Source: an uncultured Gammaproteobacteria bacterium (GTDB taxonomy: Bacteria > Pseudomonadota > Gammaproteobacteria > GCA-001735895). Taken from it: a stretch of DNA of 64,000 bases. Under the pieces are notes generated by a model. It was not told the DNA's origin. It was given only the letters and a program-made list of their open reading frames with translations, and did not search any database. Position numbers and translations under genes: made by a program. The stretch lies in the NCBI GenBank assembly GCA_963793595.1, contig CAWCBX010000176.1, positions 42 to 64,041 on the forward strand, read 5' to 3'. Below, piece by piece: positions 29,118 to 38,696 of the stretch. Position 1 is the first letter of the stretch. Each line of letters begins with the position of its first letter.

Positions 29118-31943
29118 ATGAGCATGAAAAAAATGCAGCAACAGAGTTATCTGAATGGGGGTAATGCTGCATTCATCGAGGAACTCTACTCAAGATACCT
29201 GAAAGATGAGAATGAGGTTGATGAAAACTGGCGAAGCTGGTTTGCCGAACTAAGAAACGGCGAACTGACTGCGGACCAGGATCATCTCGAAATTCAGGCG
29301 CAAATGAAATCTGCGGTGCGCCACAAAAAGGCTGGTAACGGTGTAAGCAGCAGTGAATTACACCAGCATGATGCCAAGCAAGTCAGAATACTGCAGTTGA
29401 TCAACGCTTACCGCGTCAAGGGCCATCAGAGGGCGCGGCTCGACCCGCTCGTGCTGAACCCGCTATCCGAGGTCAAGGAGATGACCCTTGCCGGGAATGA
29501 CCTTAGCGAAGCCGATCTGGACACCGTGTTTAACACCGGCTCATTGTTCGGGGTTGAGGATGCGCCACTGCGGGAAATTATCGAACGCCTGGAAAAAACC
29601 TATTGCGGAGCGATTGGTTCGGAATACATGCACATCGAGGATCGTTCGCAAAAACGCTGGATCCAGGTGCAGATCGAAACCTCGCTGGCGACTCCCAATT
29701 TCCGCGAAGGCCGGCGCAATCGGATTCTCGATCGCATCATCGCGGCAGAGAACCTGGAGAAGTACCTGCACACGCGTTATATCGGGCAAAAACGTTTTTC
29801 ACTGGAAGGTGGTGAGTCTTTGATACCGATTGTCGATCGCGTCGTGCAACAGGCCGGTGTTACCAATACCCATGAAGTCGTTATAGGTATGGCGCATCGC
29901 GGGCGTTTGAATGTACTCACCAATATCTTCGGTAAAATGCCTAGCGACCTGTTCGACGAGTTCGAAGGTAATGTCGATCTTGATGAGCGCTATAACCACG
30001 ATGTCAAATATCACCAGGGTTTCTCGTCGGATATATATACCGACTCCGGACCCATGCACCTGGCGTTGGCGTTTAACCCGTCGCATCTGGAGATTGTGGA
30101 TCCTGTGGTAGAAGGTTCGGTGCGAGCACGTCAACGCCGTTTGACCGACCGCACCACCAACGATGTATTGCCGGTCCTGATCCATGGCGATTCGGCGTTC
30201 GCTGGCCAGGGCGTGGTGATGGAAACCTTCAATATGTGCAAGACACGGGGATACAAGACCGGCGGCACGATCCACATCATTGTCAATAATCAGATCGGCT
30301 TCACTACCAGTAATCCGCGTGATATGCGTTCATCGCTCTACTGCACCGAGGTTGCCCGCATGGTGCAGGCGCCGATTTTTCACGTCAATGGCGATGATCC
30401 CGAAGCCTGTGTGTTTATTGCTGAAATTGCGGTCAAGTATCGGGAGACTTTCAATCAGGACGTGGTCATCGACATGATTTGCTATCGTCGTTACGGACAC
30501 AACGAAGCCGATGAGCCCGCGGTTACACAGCCATTGATGTACGAAGCGATTCGAAAACATCCGCGCCTGGCCGAGCTGCACGCGCAGCGATTGATCGACG
30601 AAGGTTTTACGACGCGGGAAAAAGTCGATGAAATGATCGCCGACTATCGTCGCGCGCTGGACGAAGGCGGAGCGGTTGCATTGAATGTCATTTCTGGTCT
30701 TGAGCCAACTACGGCACGTGACTGGGCCGGTTTGCAGGACGGTGACGTCAATGAAACTTCCGGGACCGGGGTTGCAGCTAAAAAGATTAAACAGCTCGGT
30801 CAAAGTATTCTAAACCTGCCGCAAGGCTTCGCGCTGCACCCTCGGGTCGCAAAAATCATGGAGAATCGCAGGCAGATGATCGATGGCAAGCTCCCGGGAG
30901 ACTGGGGTTTTGCGGAAAATCTGGCCTATGCCACGATACTGGACGATGGCTACTCGATCCGCCTGTCGGGCCAGGATAGTGAGCGTGGCACCTTTTTTCA
31001 TCGCCACGCGGCCCTGCATGATCAAAAAACCGGCGAGATTTACAAGCCGCTAAAGTATCTGTCCGAGAACCAGCCTCGTTTCGAGGTCATCAATTCGTTT
31101 TTATCCGAAGAAGCAGTGCTGGGCTTCGAGTACGGCTACTCTTCGACCGACCCGAAGACCCTGGTTATCTGGGAAGCCCAGTTCGGTGATTTCGCCAACG
31201 GTGCGCAGGTGGTTATCGACCAGTTTATCAGTTCGGGCGAAATGAAATGGGGGCGGCTAAGTGGCCTGGTCATGCTGTTGCCACATGGCTATGAAGGGCA
31301 GGGGCCGGAACACTCGTCGGCCCGTATCGAACGTTATCTGGAGCTTTGCGCGCAGCATAACATGCGGGTTGTACAACCCACTCTGCCGGCCCAGATTTTC
31401 CACCTGTTACGCAGCCAGATGAACTGCAGTTTCCGCAAGCCGCTGATAGTGATGAGCCCCAAGAGCCTGCTGCGTCACGAGCTGGCCGTTTCACCTCTTA
31501 GCGCCTATAGCGACGGCGAATTCATGAAGGTAATTCCGGAAATTGACGATATCGACGATGCCAAAGTAACACGACTGATCTTATGCAGCGGGAAAATTTA
31601 CTACAAGCTGTACCAAACCCGTGAACAGCAATATGATCACGGCACCGCAATCGTCAGGGTAGAGCAGTTGTATCCTTTTCCGAAGCTTGATCTGAATGCG
31701 ATACATGCGCGTTACCCGGCGTTGAAAAATGTTGTCTGGTGCCAGGACGAGCCGCGTAACCAGGGTATGTTCCGCGAATTCAAGAGTCGATTGAACGAAA
31801 TATTTGCACCGTTGCAGGTACAATACTCGGGTCGGATCTCGGCCGCTTCACCCGCGGTTGGTTATATGGCCCTGCACCAGAAACAGGAAGCCCAGCTGGT
31901 CAAGGAAGCATTCGAAGCCGGTTACTCGGACAAACTCGATTAA
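29118..31943 (+). CDS. sucA: 2-oxoglutarate dehydrogenase E1 component
   Basis: 941 aa; ThDP-dependent E1o, colinear with SucA (MHIED..., GQDSERGTF..HRHA, etc.). Confidence 0.9.
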   Translation: MSMKKMQQQSYLNGGNAAFIEELYSRYLKDENEVDENWRSWFAELRNGELTADQDHLEIQAQMKSAVRHKKAGNGVSSSELHQHDAKQVRILQLINAYRVKGHQRARLDPLVLNPLSEVKEMTLAGNDLSEADLDTVFNTGSLFGVEDAPLREIIERLEKTYCGAIGSEYMHIEDRSQKRWIQVQIETSLATPNFREGRRNRILDRIIAAENLEKYLHTRYIGQKRFSLEGGESLIPIVDRVVQQAGVTNTHEVVIGMAHRGRLNVLTNIFGKMPSDLFDEFEGNVDLDERYNHDVKYHQGFSSDIYTDSGPMHLALAFNPSHLEIVDPVVEGSVRARQRRLTDRTTNDVLPVLIHGDSAFAGQGVVMETFNMCKTRGYKTGGTIHIIVNNQIGFTTSNPRDMRSSLYCTEVARMVQAPIFHVNGDDPEACVFIAEIAVKYRETFNQDVVIDMICYRRYGHNEADEPAVTQPLMYEAIRKHPRLAELHAQRLIDEGFTTREKVDEMIADYRRALDEGGAVALNVISGLEPTTARDWAGLQDGDVNETSGTGVAAKKIKQLGQSILNLPQGFALHPRVAKIMENRRQMIDGKLPGDWGFAENLAYATILDDGYSIRLSGQDSERGTFFHRHAALHDQKTGEIYKPLKYLSENQPRFEVINSFLSEEAVLGFEYGYSSTDPKTLVIWEAQFGDFANGAQVVIDQFISSGEMKWGRLSGLVMLLPHGYEGQGPEHSSARIERYLELCAQHNMRVVQPTLPAQIFHLLRSQMNCSFRKPLIVMSPKSLLRHELAVSPLSAYSDGEFMKVIPEIDDIDDAKVTRLILCSGKIYYKLYQTREQQYDHGTAIVRVEQLYPFPKLDLNAIHARYPALKNVVWCQDEPRNQGMFREFKSRLNEIFAPLQVQYSGRISAASPAVGYMALHQKQEAQLVKEAFEAGYSDKLD

Positions 31944-31973
31944 TTTAAAAAATAGAAAACACTGGAGCAGACA

Positions 31974-33188
31974 ATGCAGGTAGAAATCAAGGTACCCGTA
32001 TTACCCGAGTCGGTAAGCGAAGGGACTCTGGGTGACTGGCACAAACAGGTGGGAGACAGTGTTGCAGTCGACGAAAACATCGTCGATCTGGAAACCGACA
32101 AGGTTGTACTCGAGATCGTCGCGCAGAAAGCCGGCGTGATTGAATCCATCGCATTTGCTTCCGGCGACACGGTCAAGGATGGTGAGGTACTTGGTGTAAT
32201 CAATACCGAGGCGGCCGCGACCGGAGCCACTGACGCGGCACCCGCCGAAGATTCCGTGGCGGCAAACCGGGCGAGCCCGGCGGTGCGTAAATTGCTCAAT
32301 GAAAATGATCTCAGTGGTGACGAAATTCAGGGGACTGGCAAGAAAGGCGCGATATTAAAGAAGGATATCGAGCTCTATCTGCAACAGCAGGCTGCGCCTG
32401 CTAAAACGGAAGCGCCGCGTGCTGAAGATTCGCCCGTACCGACCCCGGCCGCAGCAGTCCCGGCCGCAGCAGCAATCCCTGTTGCCGGTCGTAACGATCG
32501 CAGAGTGCCGATGAGCCGCTTACGCGCAAAAATTGCCGAGCGCCTCAAGCAGGCGCAAAACACCGCGGCGCTGTTGACGACGTTTAACGAAGTCAATCTA
32601 AAGCCGATGATGGATGCGCGCACTCAATACAGGGATATGTTCGAAAAAGCACATGGCGTCAAACTCGGTATGATGTCTTTCTTCACCAGTGCCGCGGTCG
32701 AAGCATTGAAACGCTTTCCAGCGGTTAACGCGTCGATCGACGGTGATGACATCGTCTATCACGACTATTTCGACATCGGCATCGCCGTCAGTTCCGATCG
32801 TGGACTGGTGGTTCCGATCTTGCGTGACGCCGACCAGATGAGTTATGCCGACATCGAAAGCTCAATTCGGGACATGGGAGCGCGGGCACAAGCCGGCAAG
32901 CTTGGTATCGAAGAGTTAACCGGGGGTACCTTTAGCATTACCAATGGTGGAATCTTTGGTTCGATGCTTTCAACTCCGATTTTGAATCCACCTCAGTCAG
33001 CGATCCTCGGCATGCATTCAATACAGCAACGAGCGGTGGTAATCGACGGTGAAATAGTGGTGCGCCCGATGATGTACCTGGCTTTGACCTACGATCATCG
33101 CATTATCGATGGCAAGGAAGCGGTGCAGTTCCTGGTGACTATCAAGAATGTCCTGGAAGATCCGGCGAGACTGCTGCTTGGCGTATAG
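31974..33188 (+). CDS. sucB: Dihydrolipoyllysine-residue succinyltransferase E2
   Basis: 404 aa; N-terminal lipoyl domain ([11 protein letters not shown]), Ala/Pro linker, peripheral subunit-binding domain, catalytic DHRIIDG. Confidence 0.9.
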   Translation: MQVEIKVPVLPESVSEGTLGDWHKQVGDSVAVDENIVDLETDKVVLEIVAQKAGVIESIAFASGDTVKDGEVLGVINTEAAATGATDAAPAEDSVAANRASPAVRKLLNENDLSGDEIQGTGKKGAILKKDIELYLQQQAAPAKTEAPRAEDSPVPTPAAAVPAAAAIPVAGRNDRRVPMSRLRAKIAERLKQAQNTAALLTTFNEVNLKPMMDARTQYRDMFEKAHGVKLGMMSFFTSAAVEALKRFPAVNASIDGDDIVYHDYFDIGIAVSSDRGLVVPILRDADQMSYADIESSIRDMGARAQAGKLGIEELTGGTFSITNGGIFGSMLSTPILNPPQSAILGMHSIQQRAVVIDGEIVVRPMMYLALTYDHRIIDGKEAVQFLVTIKNVLEDPARLLLGV

Positions 33189-33201
33189 GTGGGGTTTCGA
33201 C

Positions 33202-35196
33202 CTATAAAGATTTCATAAAGCTGAAGCGGGTCTTTTCGGAGTCTGTCGTAGCTGTATCAATCAGGGATACGTCACCCGATTCGAACTGTTCCGCCAGTTT
33301 AGGCGCATCGACTTCGCAAATCCGCTTGCCGTCGCGATCGACGAAAATAAACAGGCTGGCATCTTCCGATTTCCAGGCTACTTTAGCCATCAGTTTTTGT
33401 CCATCCTGTACCATATTGACCCATTCACCGAGCGCAAGCGCATCTACCTGGTTGATCTTCTTGGGCTTTTCGGGTTTTACCGAATTGAACGCTTCGAGCA
33501 TATCTGTTGGAATCTGAAATACACCCGTTTGCATCATTTCATCAAACTCGGTGCTGTCTTCCATCGTATCGAAGGATTGCGCTGATAACGAGCGGGTTTT
33601 GCGCTTCGCGTCGATGATATTGTGAGCTGTTTTCTCGACCACGTCTTGCTGTTCGAGCTTTAGATAATCACGTAAGGATTGCTGCAAAGATTCGGCCAGT
33701 TTGAGACTGCGCATCGCGCGATGTAACGAGTGGGCGACATTCGGCAATGCTACTTGCAGTTCCTGCTGCTCTTCTATGGTCGATTTGGGGATTAGCGACC
33801 AGACCTGTTTCTGTACCATCGCAATAGTTTTGTGCCAGGGGTCAGAGTCCATCCCCTGCTGCAGTGCGATTTGTACCATTAACGGCAGCCAGACTTTTTC
33901 GAACAGGATCAGTGGAGTCCCCTGGATTCTCAGGGGTTGCGCGATCTCGGAAAGCCTGGATTTGACCAGGGGCAATACTTTTCTGGTTGCTTCCAGTTTG
34001 CGCGCTTTGCGGATTGCGATTTCATGTTCCTTTAAATGGCTCTTGTAGTCTTCAAGCATCCCGGCATAGCTATCGACAGTAATAAATCCGCGGCTCGTAA
34101 GGTCGTCGATATGTTCACGAATAAACTGAATTCCGGAGAATTCCGGATCGCTACCTTTTGCGATTTCGACTTCGCTGCTGATGATGCCATCCAACAGGCG
34201 TCGCGCCGGATTGCTGGAACGGCGCAGGAAACCATCTTCCTGGATGGCGGTAATAAAAATATAAATCTGTAGCCGCGCCAGTTGCTGTTTGACAGGCAAG
34301 GGCAGATCTTCATCTTCAAAAATCAGCTTGAACATCAGGTTGAGTTGATCGATGTGTTCGTCGTACTCATCCAGCCCAAAGCCGGCAAACTGCTGTTTCA
34401 GTTCCGGGAACAGGTTTTTGTACTGGCTGGACTGGGTGCGCGATTTTTCCTTGTAACGCTGTAACAATATTAGCTGGCAGGCAGTTTGATCCAGTTTGAT
34501 CGTCGGTGGAGGGTTTGACTCACTCAAACCGTCGCTGCTACGCAGGTGGATACTGGCAGTCGGAATCTCCGTGAGCATGCCATGGTCGATCAATGCCCGG
34601 TCGATACGACGATACAGCGGGCCTAGCGATTCGATAAAACGGTCGGAGAACAGGTTGTAGAGGGCAATTTTGTAGTTAACTTCGAGGTTGAGACTGTCGA
34701 TCGCATATTGGAAAGACTCGCATAGTCTTTTTACCTGCAACGGGTTTTCATAAATACTCGCACGAGGTCGTTTTATGCAGGCCTGCAGCCGTTTGAGGAT
34801 GGTTTTATCAAATTCCTTAAAAGCATCACTGTAACGGGTCGTAATTCCCTGCAACATATCGGTTTCAGCCGTTCCGTTCGCACCCAGGCCCAACATCTGC
34901 CAGTCGCGCGCGCCTTTTTCCCGCGACATGGATTCATTGTCAGATTTGAATGCGGCGAAATACTTATTGAGCTGAAATGAAAAGGATGAACAGATGATGC
35001 GTTGCTTGTGCTTGACCAGCTTGATCATGCGCACGCCGTCTTGATCGGAGAGGCTCCAGCTGTGATAATCGTCGGCGCTCTCGATCATTCGCACCAGCAT
35101 TTCAGTGATCAATTTTTTACTGAGACTGGTGATTTCCGCAAAGACGTCTTCACCGGATATCGTGTCAGGGTTCTGGTTTTGCACTGGGCGTGTCAT
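33202..35196 (-). CDS. Large hypothetical protein, DUF1631-like, with a possible C-terminal PilZ-like segment
   Basis: 664 aa, no catalytic motifs recognised. The C-terminal LALGEWVNMVQDGQKLMAKVAWKSEDASLFIFVDRDGKRI resembles PilZ-type β-barrel signatures. Weak assignment. Confidence 0.3.
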   Translation of the reverse strand: MTRPVQNQNPDTISGEDVFAEITSLSKKLITEMLVRMIESADDYHSWSLSDQDGVRMIKLVKHKQRIICSSFSFQLNKYFAAFKSDNESMSREKGARDWQMLGLGANGTAETDMLQGITTRYSDAFKEFDKTILKRLQACIKRPRASIYENPLQVKRLCESFQYAIDSLNLEVNYKIALYNLFSDRFIESLGPLYRRIDRALIDHGMLTEIPTASIHLRSSDGLSESNPPPTIKLDQTACQLILLQRYKEKSRTQSSQYKNLFPELKQQFAGFGLDEYDEHIDQLNLMFKLIFEDEDLPLPVKQQLARLQIYIFITAIQEDGFLRRSSNPARRLLDGIISSEVEIAKGSDPEFSGIQFIREHIDDLTSRGFITVDSYAGMLEDYKSHLKEHEIAIRKARKLEATRKVLPLVKSRLSEIAQPLRIQGTPLILFEKVWLPLMVQIALQQGMDSDPWHKTIAMVQKQVWSLIPKSTIEEQQELQVALPNVAHSLHRAMRSLKLAESLQQSLRDYLKLEQQDVVEKTAHNIIDAKRKTRSLSAQSFDTMEDSTEFDEMMQTGVFQIPTDMLEAFNSVKPEKPKKINQVDALALGEWVNMVQDGQKLMAKVAWKSEDASLFIFVDRDGKRICEVDAPKLAEQFESGDVSLIDTATTDSEKTRFSFMKSL

Positions 35197-35342
35197 TACG
35201 AACGACTTTTAAGGATTTAACAGAATATAGGCGAAAACTTCACCAATTTCCTGCGACAATTTTCATATAAATCCGTTTTTCGACAGTTTTCTGACAGAAG
35301 GCGTAAGATTGAACCCTGGCGGCACCCTCAAAACTACGGTCA

Positions 35343-37523
35343 ATGCAAAATCTCAAGTTATTCATCACTGGTCATAAGGGCTTCGAAACCCTTTTGTTTC
35401 ATGAACTGCGCGACATTCTGGGTTCATCCGGCGCTACGTTGGAAAAAAAGTATGGCGGAGTCGAGATCAGGGCAGGTATTGATTCCGTATATCGCGTGTG
35501 TCTGCATTCCCGACTTGCGAATCGGGTTTTTTGCGAACTGGGTCGGGCGCAGGTCGAGGACGAAAACCAGTTATACCAGGCAGTTTATCAAATTGACTGG
35601 GGTGCCCACCTAAACGCGCGCGACAGTATTGCAGTCTCGGCGACTTTATCGCGTTCCAGGCTGGATCATACCCATTTTGTAGCGCTCAAGGCCAAGGACG
35701 CGATTGTCGATCAGTTTCGCGAAAACTGCGGCAGCCGGCCCGTGGTTGAAAAAAAGCAGCCGGATTTTCAGGTACATATCAATATTCATAATAACCAGGC
35801 GAGCATCAGCCTGGATTTATCGGGTGATAGCCTGCATCGACGTGGTTACCGTCTGCAACATTCAGGCGCACCACTAAAAGAGCATCTTGCGGCAGCGTTA
35901 TTGGTGCAGGCAGGCTGGGAGCCACGCAAGGAATCTGCGAGGCGCCTGGTCGATCCGATGTGTGGCTCAGGTACCTTTGCCATCGAGGCCGCGATGATGG
36001 CGGCCAATATTGCTCCCGGGTTGCAGCGTAGCTACTTCGGGTTCAACAAATGGCGACTGCATCAGCCGGAATTGTGGCAAGCCTGTGTCGATCAGGCGCG
36101 GCAGGCGATCGAGCTCCAGCCAGAGGTCATTGTTTACGCCAGTGATTACGACGCGGGCGCGCTGGAAATCGCGCGGGCCAATGCAGAGCGTGCCCAGGTC
36201 GAGCATATGATTGAATTTTCTCATCAGCAGGTTGGCGAGCTGGAATTACCACCGGCACAGACCGACACCCTGGTTATTTGCAACCCACCCTGGGGGCGGC
36301 GTCTGCAGGGTGAACAGGATCTGGGCAGGATCTATGCTGATCTGGGTAGTGCAGTACAGCGTCTGGCCCCAGCCAGATTAGCGATAATTTCAGCGAATCC
36401 GGATTTGTTGCATCGCCTGAAGTTGAAACGAATCAGTCGCAAGGAGGTCAGGAATGGCCCGCTCGAATGCCTGTTTGCAATATTCGCGACGGTGGGCGAT
36501 AAGGAAGCGGCGAGTGTTACCCCGGCGGTCAGTGTTATAAGCGATGAAATTGCTTTGCCATTACGCAATCGGCTCGCGAAAAATGCCCGGCACCTGCAAC
36601 GCTGGGCCAGGCGCAATGACATCAGTTGTTACCGGATTTACGATGCGGATTTACCCGAGTTCGCCTTTGCACTGGATCGTTACCAGAGCGAGATCGCGCC
36701 CGAGGTCGAATGGTACCACCTGCAGGAGTACCAGGCCCCGGCGACAATAGACGCTGATACCGCCGAGTATCGAATCGGCGTCGCGACGGAGGTTGTCAGG
36801 GAGCTGTTCTCGATTCCCGATGACCGGTTGTTCTGTAAAACCCGGAGTCGTCAACGTGGCCCCAGCCAGTATCAGAAACAGGGCAGCAGGAACGAGTTTT
36901 ACCAGGTACGAGAAGGCGAGGCCTCATTGCTGATCAACCTTAGCGATTATCTTGATTCGGGGCTGTTCCTGGACCATCGCATTACGCGTGAATTGGTTTA
37001 CCAGCGCTCAGCCGGGAAAACAGTGCTCAATCTGTTCTGTTACACCGGTGCCGTCGGAGTGCAGGCGGGCCTGGGAGGTGCCAGCTCGATTCTTAATGTC
37101 GACCTGTCGGCCACCTATCTGAAGTGGGCGCGTGAGAATCATTTACTGAACGGGCTGGATGACGAGACGCGCTACCAGTTTTTACGCGCCGATATCGTCG
37201 AGCTGCTGAATAAACCTGAACGGTTTGCATTGCGGCAAGCCTATGATTTGATATTCTTCGATCCACCGTCATTTTCCAATTCGAGCAAAATGCAGCAAAC
37301 CCTCGATATCCAGCGTGATCACGAAGACCTGATCAAGCAGGCGATGAACCTGTTGGCGCGGGATGGATTACTGCTGTTTTCAACCAACCGGCGCGGTTTC
37401 AAGCTCGCTGACGCGACCCGGCAATCCTATGTCACGCTTGACATAACCCACTCGACTATTGCGGAAGACTTCAAGCGAAACCCCAAAATTCACCGCTGCT
37501 GGGAAATCAGGCATCGGATCTAA
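35343..37523 (+). CDS. rlmL: Bifunctional 23S rRNA (m2G2445/m7G2069) methyltransferase RlmKL
   Basis: 726 aa; THUMP plus two Rossmann MTase domains; N-terminus MQNLKLFITGHKGFETLL typical of RlmL. Confidence 0.85.
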   Translation: MQNLKLFITGHKGFETLLFHELRDILGSSGATLEKKYGGVEIRAGIDSVYRVCLHSRLANRVFCELGRAQVEDENQLYQAVYQIDWGAHLNARDSIAVSATLSRSRLDHTHFVALKAKDAIVDQFRENCGSRPVVEKKQPDFQVHINIHNNQASISLDLSGDSLHRRGYRLQHSGAPLKEHLAAALLVQAGWEPRKESARRLVDPMCGSGTFAIEAAMMAANIAPGLQRSYFGFNKWRLHQPELWQACVDQARQAIELQPEVIVYASDYDAGALEIARANAERAQVEHMIEFSHQQVGELELPPAQTDTLVICNPPWGRRLQGEQDLGRIYADLGSAVQRLAPARLAIISANPDLLHRLKLKRISRKEVRNGPLECLFAIFATVGDKEAASVTPAVSVISDEIALPLRNRLAKNARHLQRWARRNDISCYRIYDADLPEFAFALDRYQSEIAPEVEWYHLQEYQAPATIDADTAEYRIGVATEVVRELFSIPDDRLFCKTRSRQRGPSQYQKQGSRNEFYQVREGEASLLINLSDYLDSGLFLDHRITRELVYQRSAGKTVLNLFCYTGAVGVQAGLGGASSILNVDLSATYLKWARENHLLNGLDDETRYQFLRADIVELLNKPERFALRQAYDLIFFDPPSFSNSSKMQQTLDIQRDHEDLIKQAMNLLARDGLLLFSTNRRGFKLADATRQSYVTLDITHSTIAEDFKRNPKIHRCWEIRHRI

Positions 37524-37539
37524 CGCCGGTATTTCTTCA

Positions 37540-38643
37540 ATGATACGTGAGAATAGCAGTGACTACCGGCAGCTTTTTTTGCAGGATCTGCCGTTAATGG
37601 ATGTGCGTGCACCAGTCGAATTCAGCAACGGATCTTTTCCGACTGCCACCAATATTCCATTGCTTGACGACCGGCAACGAGAACAGATTGGTACCCGTTA
37701 CAAGGATGCGGGTCAGGATGAAGCGATTCGCCTCGGACTTGAATTGGCCACCCCCGAAATTCGCGCACAGCGTTTACAGGCCTGGCTGGATTACTGTGAA
37801 AAAAACCCGCAGGGCTTTCTGTACTGTTTTCGCGGCGGCCTGCGCTCTCGAACTACCCAGCAATGGTTGCGCGAGCAGGGAGTTGACTATCCACTGGTAC
37901 AGGGCGGTTACAAGGCGATGCGGCGTTTTTTGATTGAGGAGCTGGAACAGTCCGCCAGGGAAGTGCCGTTAGTTTGTGTCAGTGGCCTGACCGGGGTTGG
38001 CAAAACCCGGCTACTACGAAAAATTCGCCATCATATCGATTTCGAAGGCATCGCCAATCATCGTGGTTCAGCTTTTGGTCGCGATGCCCTGGATCTGCAA
38101 CCCACGGTAATTGACTGGGAGAACAAGGTCTCAATCGAGTTTATCAAACACCGTGACAGCTTCCCGGGGAAGCCGGTATTTGTCGAAGATGAAGGCCGCC
38201 GGATCGGACGGGTAAATATGCCTGACTATCTGTTCTCGGCTTTATTGAAAGCGCCTCGCGCTATCCTGCAGGTTGCTACCGAGACGCGCATAAGGGTCAT
38301 CAGCGAAGACTATATATTACGCAGTTGGCCAGCCTACCAGCAAGCCTACGGCGAAACTGCCGAGCGCGAGTTCAGCTTTTTTGTTCTCGACAACCTGGGG
38401 CGAATAAAAAAGCGTTTGGGCGGGGAACTTTACCAACAGGTAAGGCAGTGTTTCGAGAACGCCTTGAAAGTATTTTTCAGGGATGGCAGTGTCGCCGAAT
38501 TCAATGACGGCATTAAAATACTACTCGAACAATATTACGATCCGATGTACCGTTATCAGATCGAAAATAAAAAGCCCGAAATAATCTTTGAAGGTCCGGA
38601 AATGGAGTTCATGCAATGGGCCGAAGAATATTGCGCAGGCTGA
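37540..38643 (+). CDS. mnmH: tRNA 2-selenouridine/geranyl-2-thiouridine synthase MnmH (SelU/YbbB)
   Basis: Rhodanese domain with active-site CFRGGLRSR followed by P-loop GLTGVGKT. The ORF in the track starts earlier (37459); ATG at 37540 gives an N-terminus colinear with E. coli MnmH. Confidence 0.8.
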   Translation: MIRENSSDYRQLFLQDLPLMDVRAPVEFSNGSFPTATNIPLLDDRQREQIGTRYKDAGQDEAIRLGLELATPEIRAQRLQAWLDYCEKNPQGFLYCFRGGLRSRTTQQWLREQGVDYPLVQGGYKAMRRFLIEELEQSAREVPLVCVSGLTGVGKTRLLRKIRHHIDFEGIANHRGSAFGRDALDLQPTVIDWENKVSIEFIKHRDSFPGKPVFVEDEGRRIGRVNMPDYLFSALLKAPRAILQVATETRIRVISEDYILRSWPAYQQAYGETAEREFSFFVLDNLGRIKKRLGGELYQQVRQCFENALKVFFRDGSVAEFNDGIKILLEQYYDPMYRYQIENKKPEIIFEGPEMEFMQWAEEYCAG

Positions 38644-38696
38644 ACCAATAATCAATAACAACGTCATATGTGACTAGATATAGCGGAACCTGGTAG

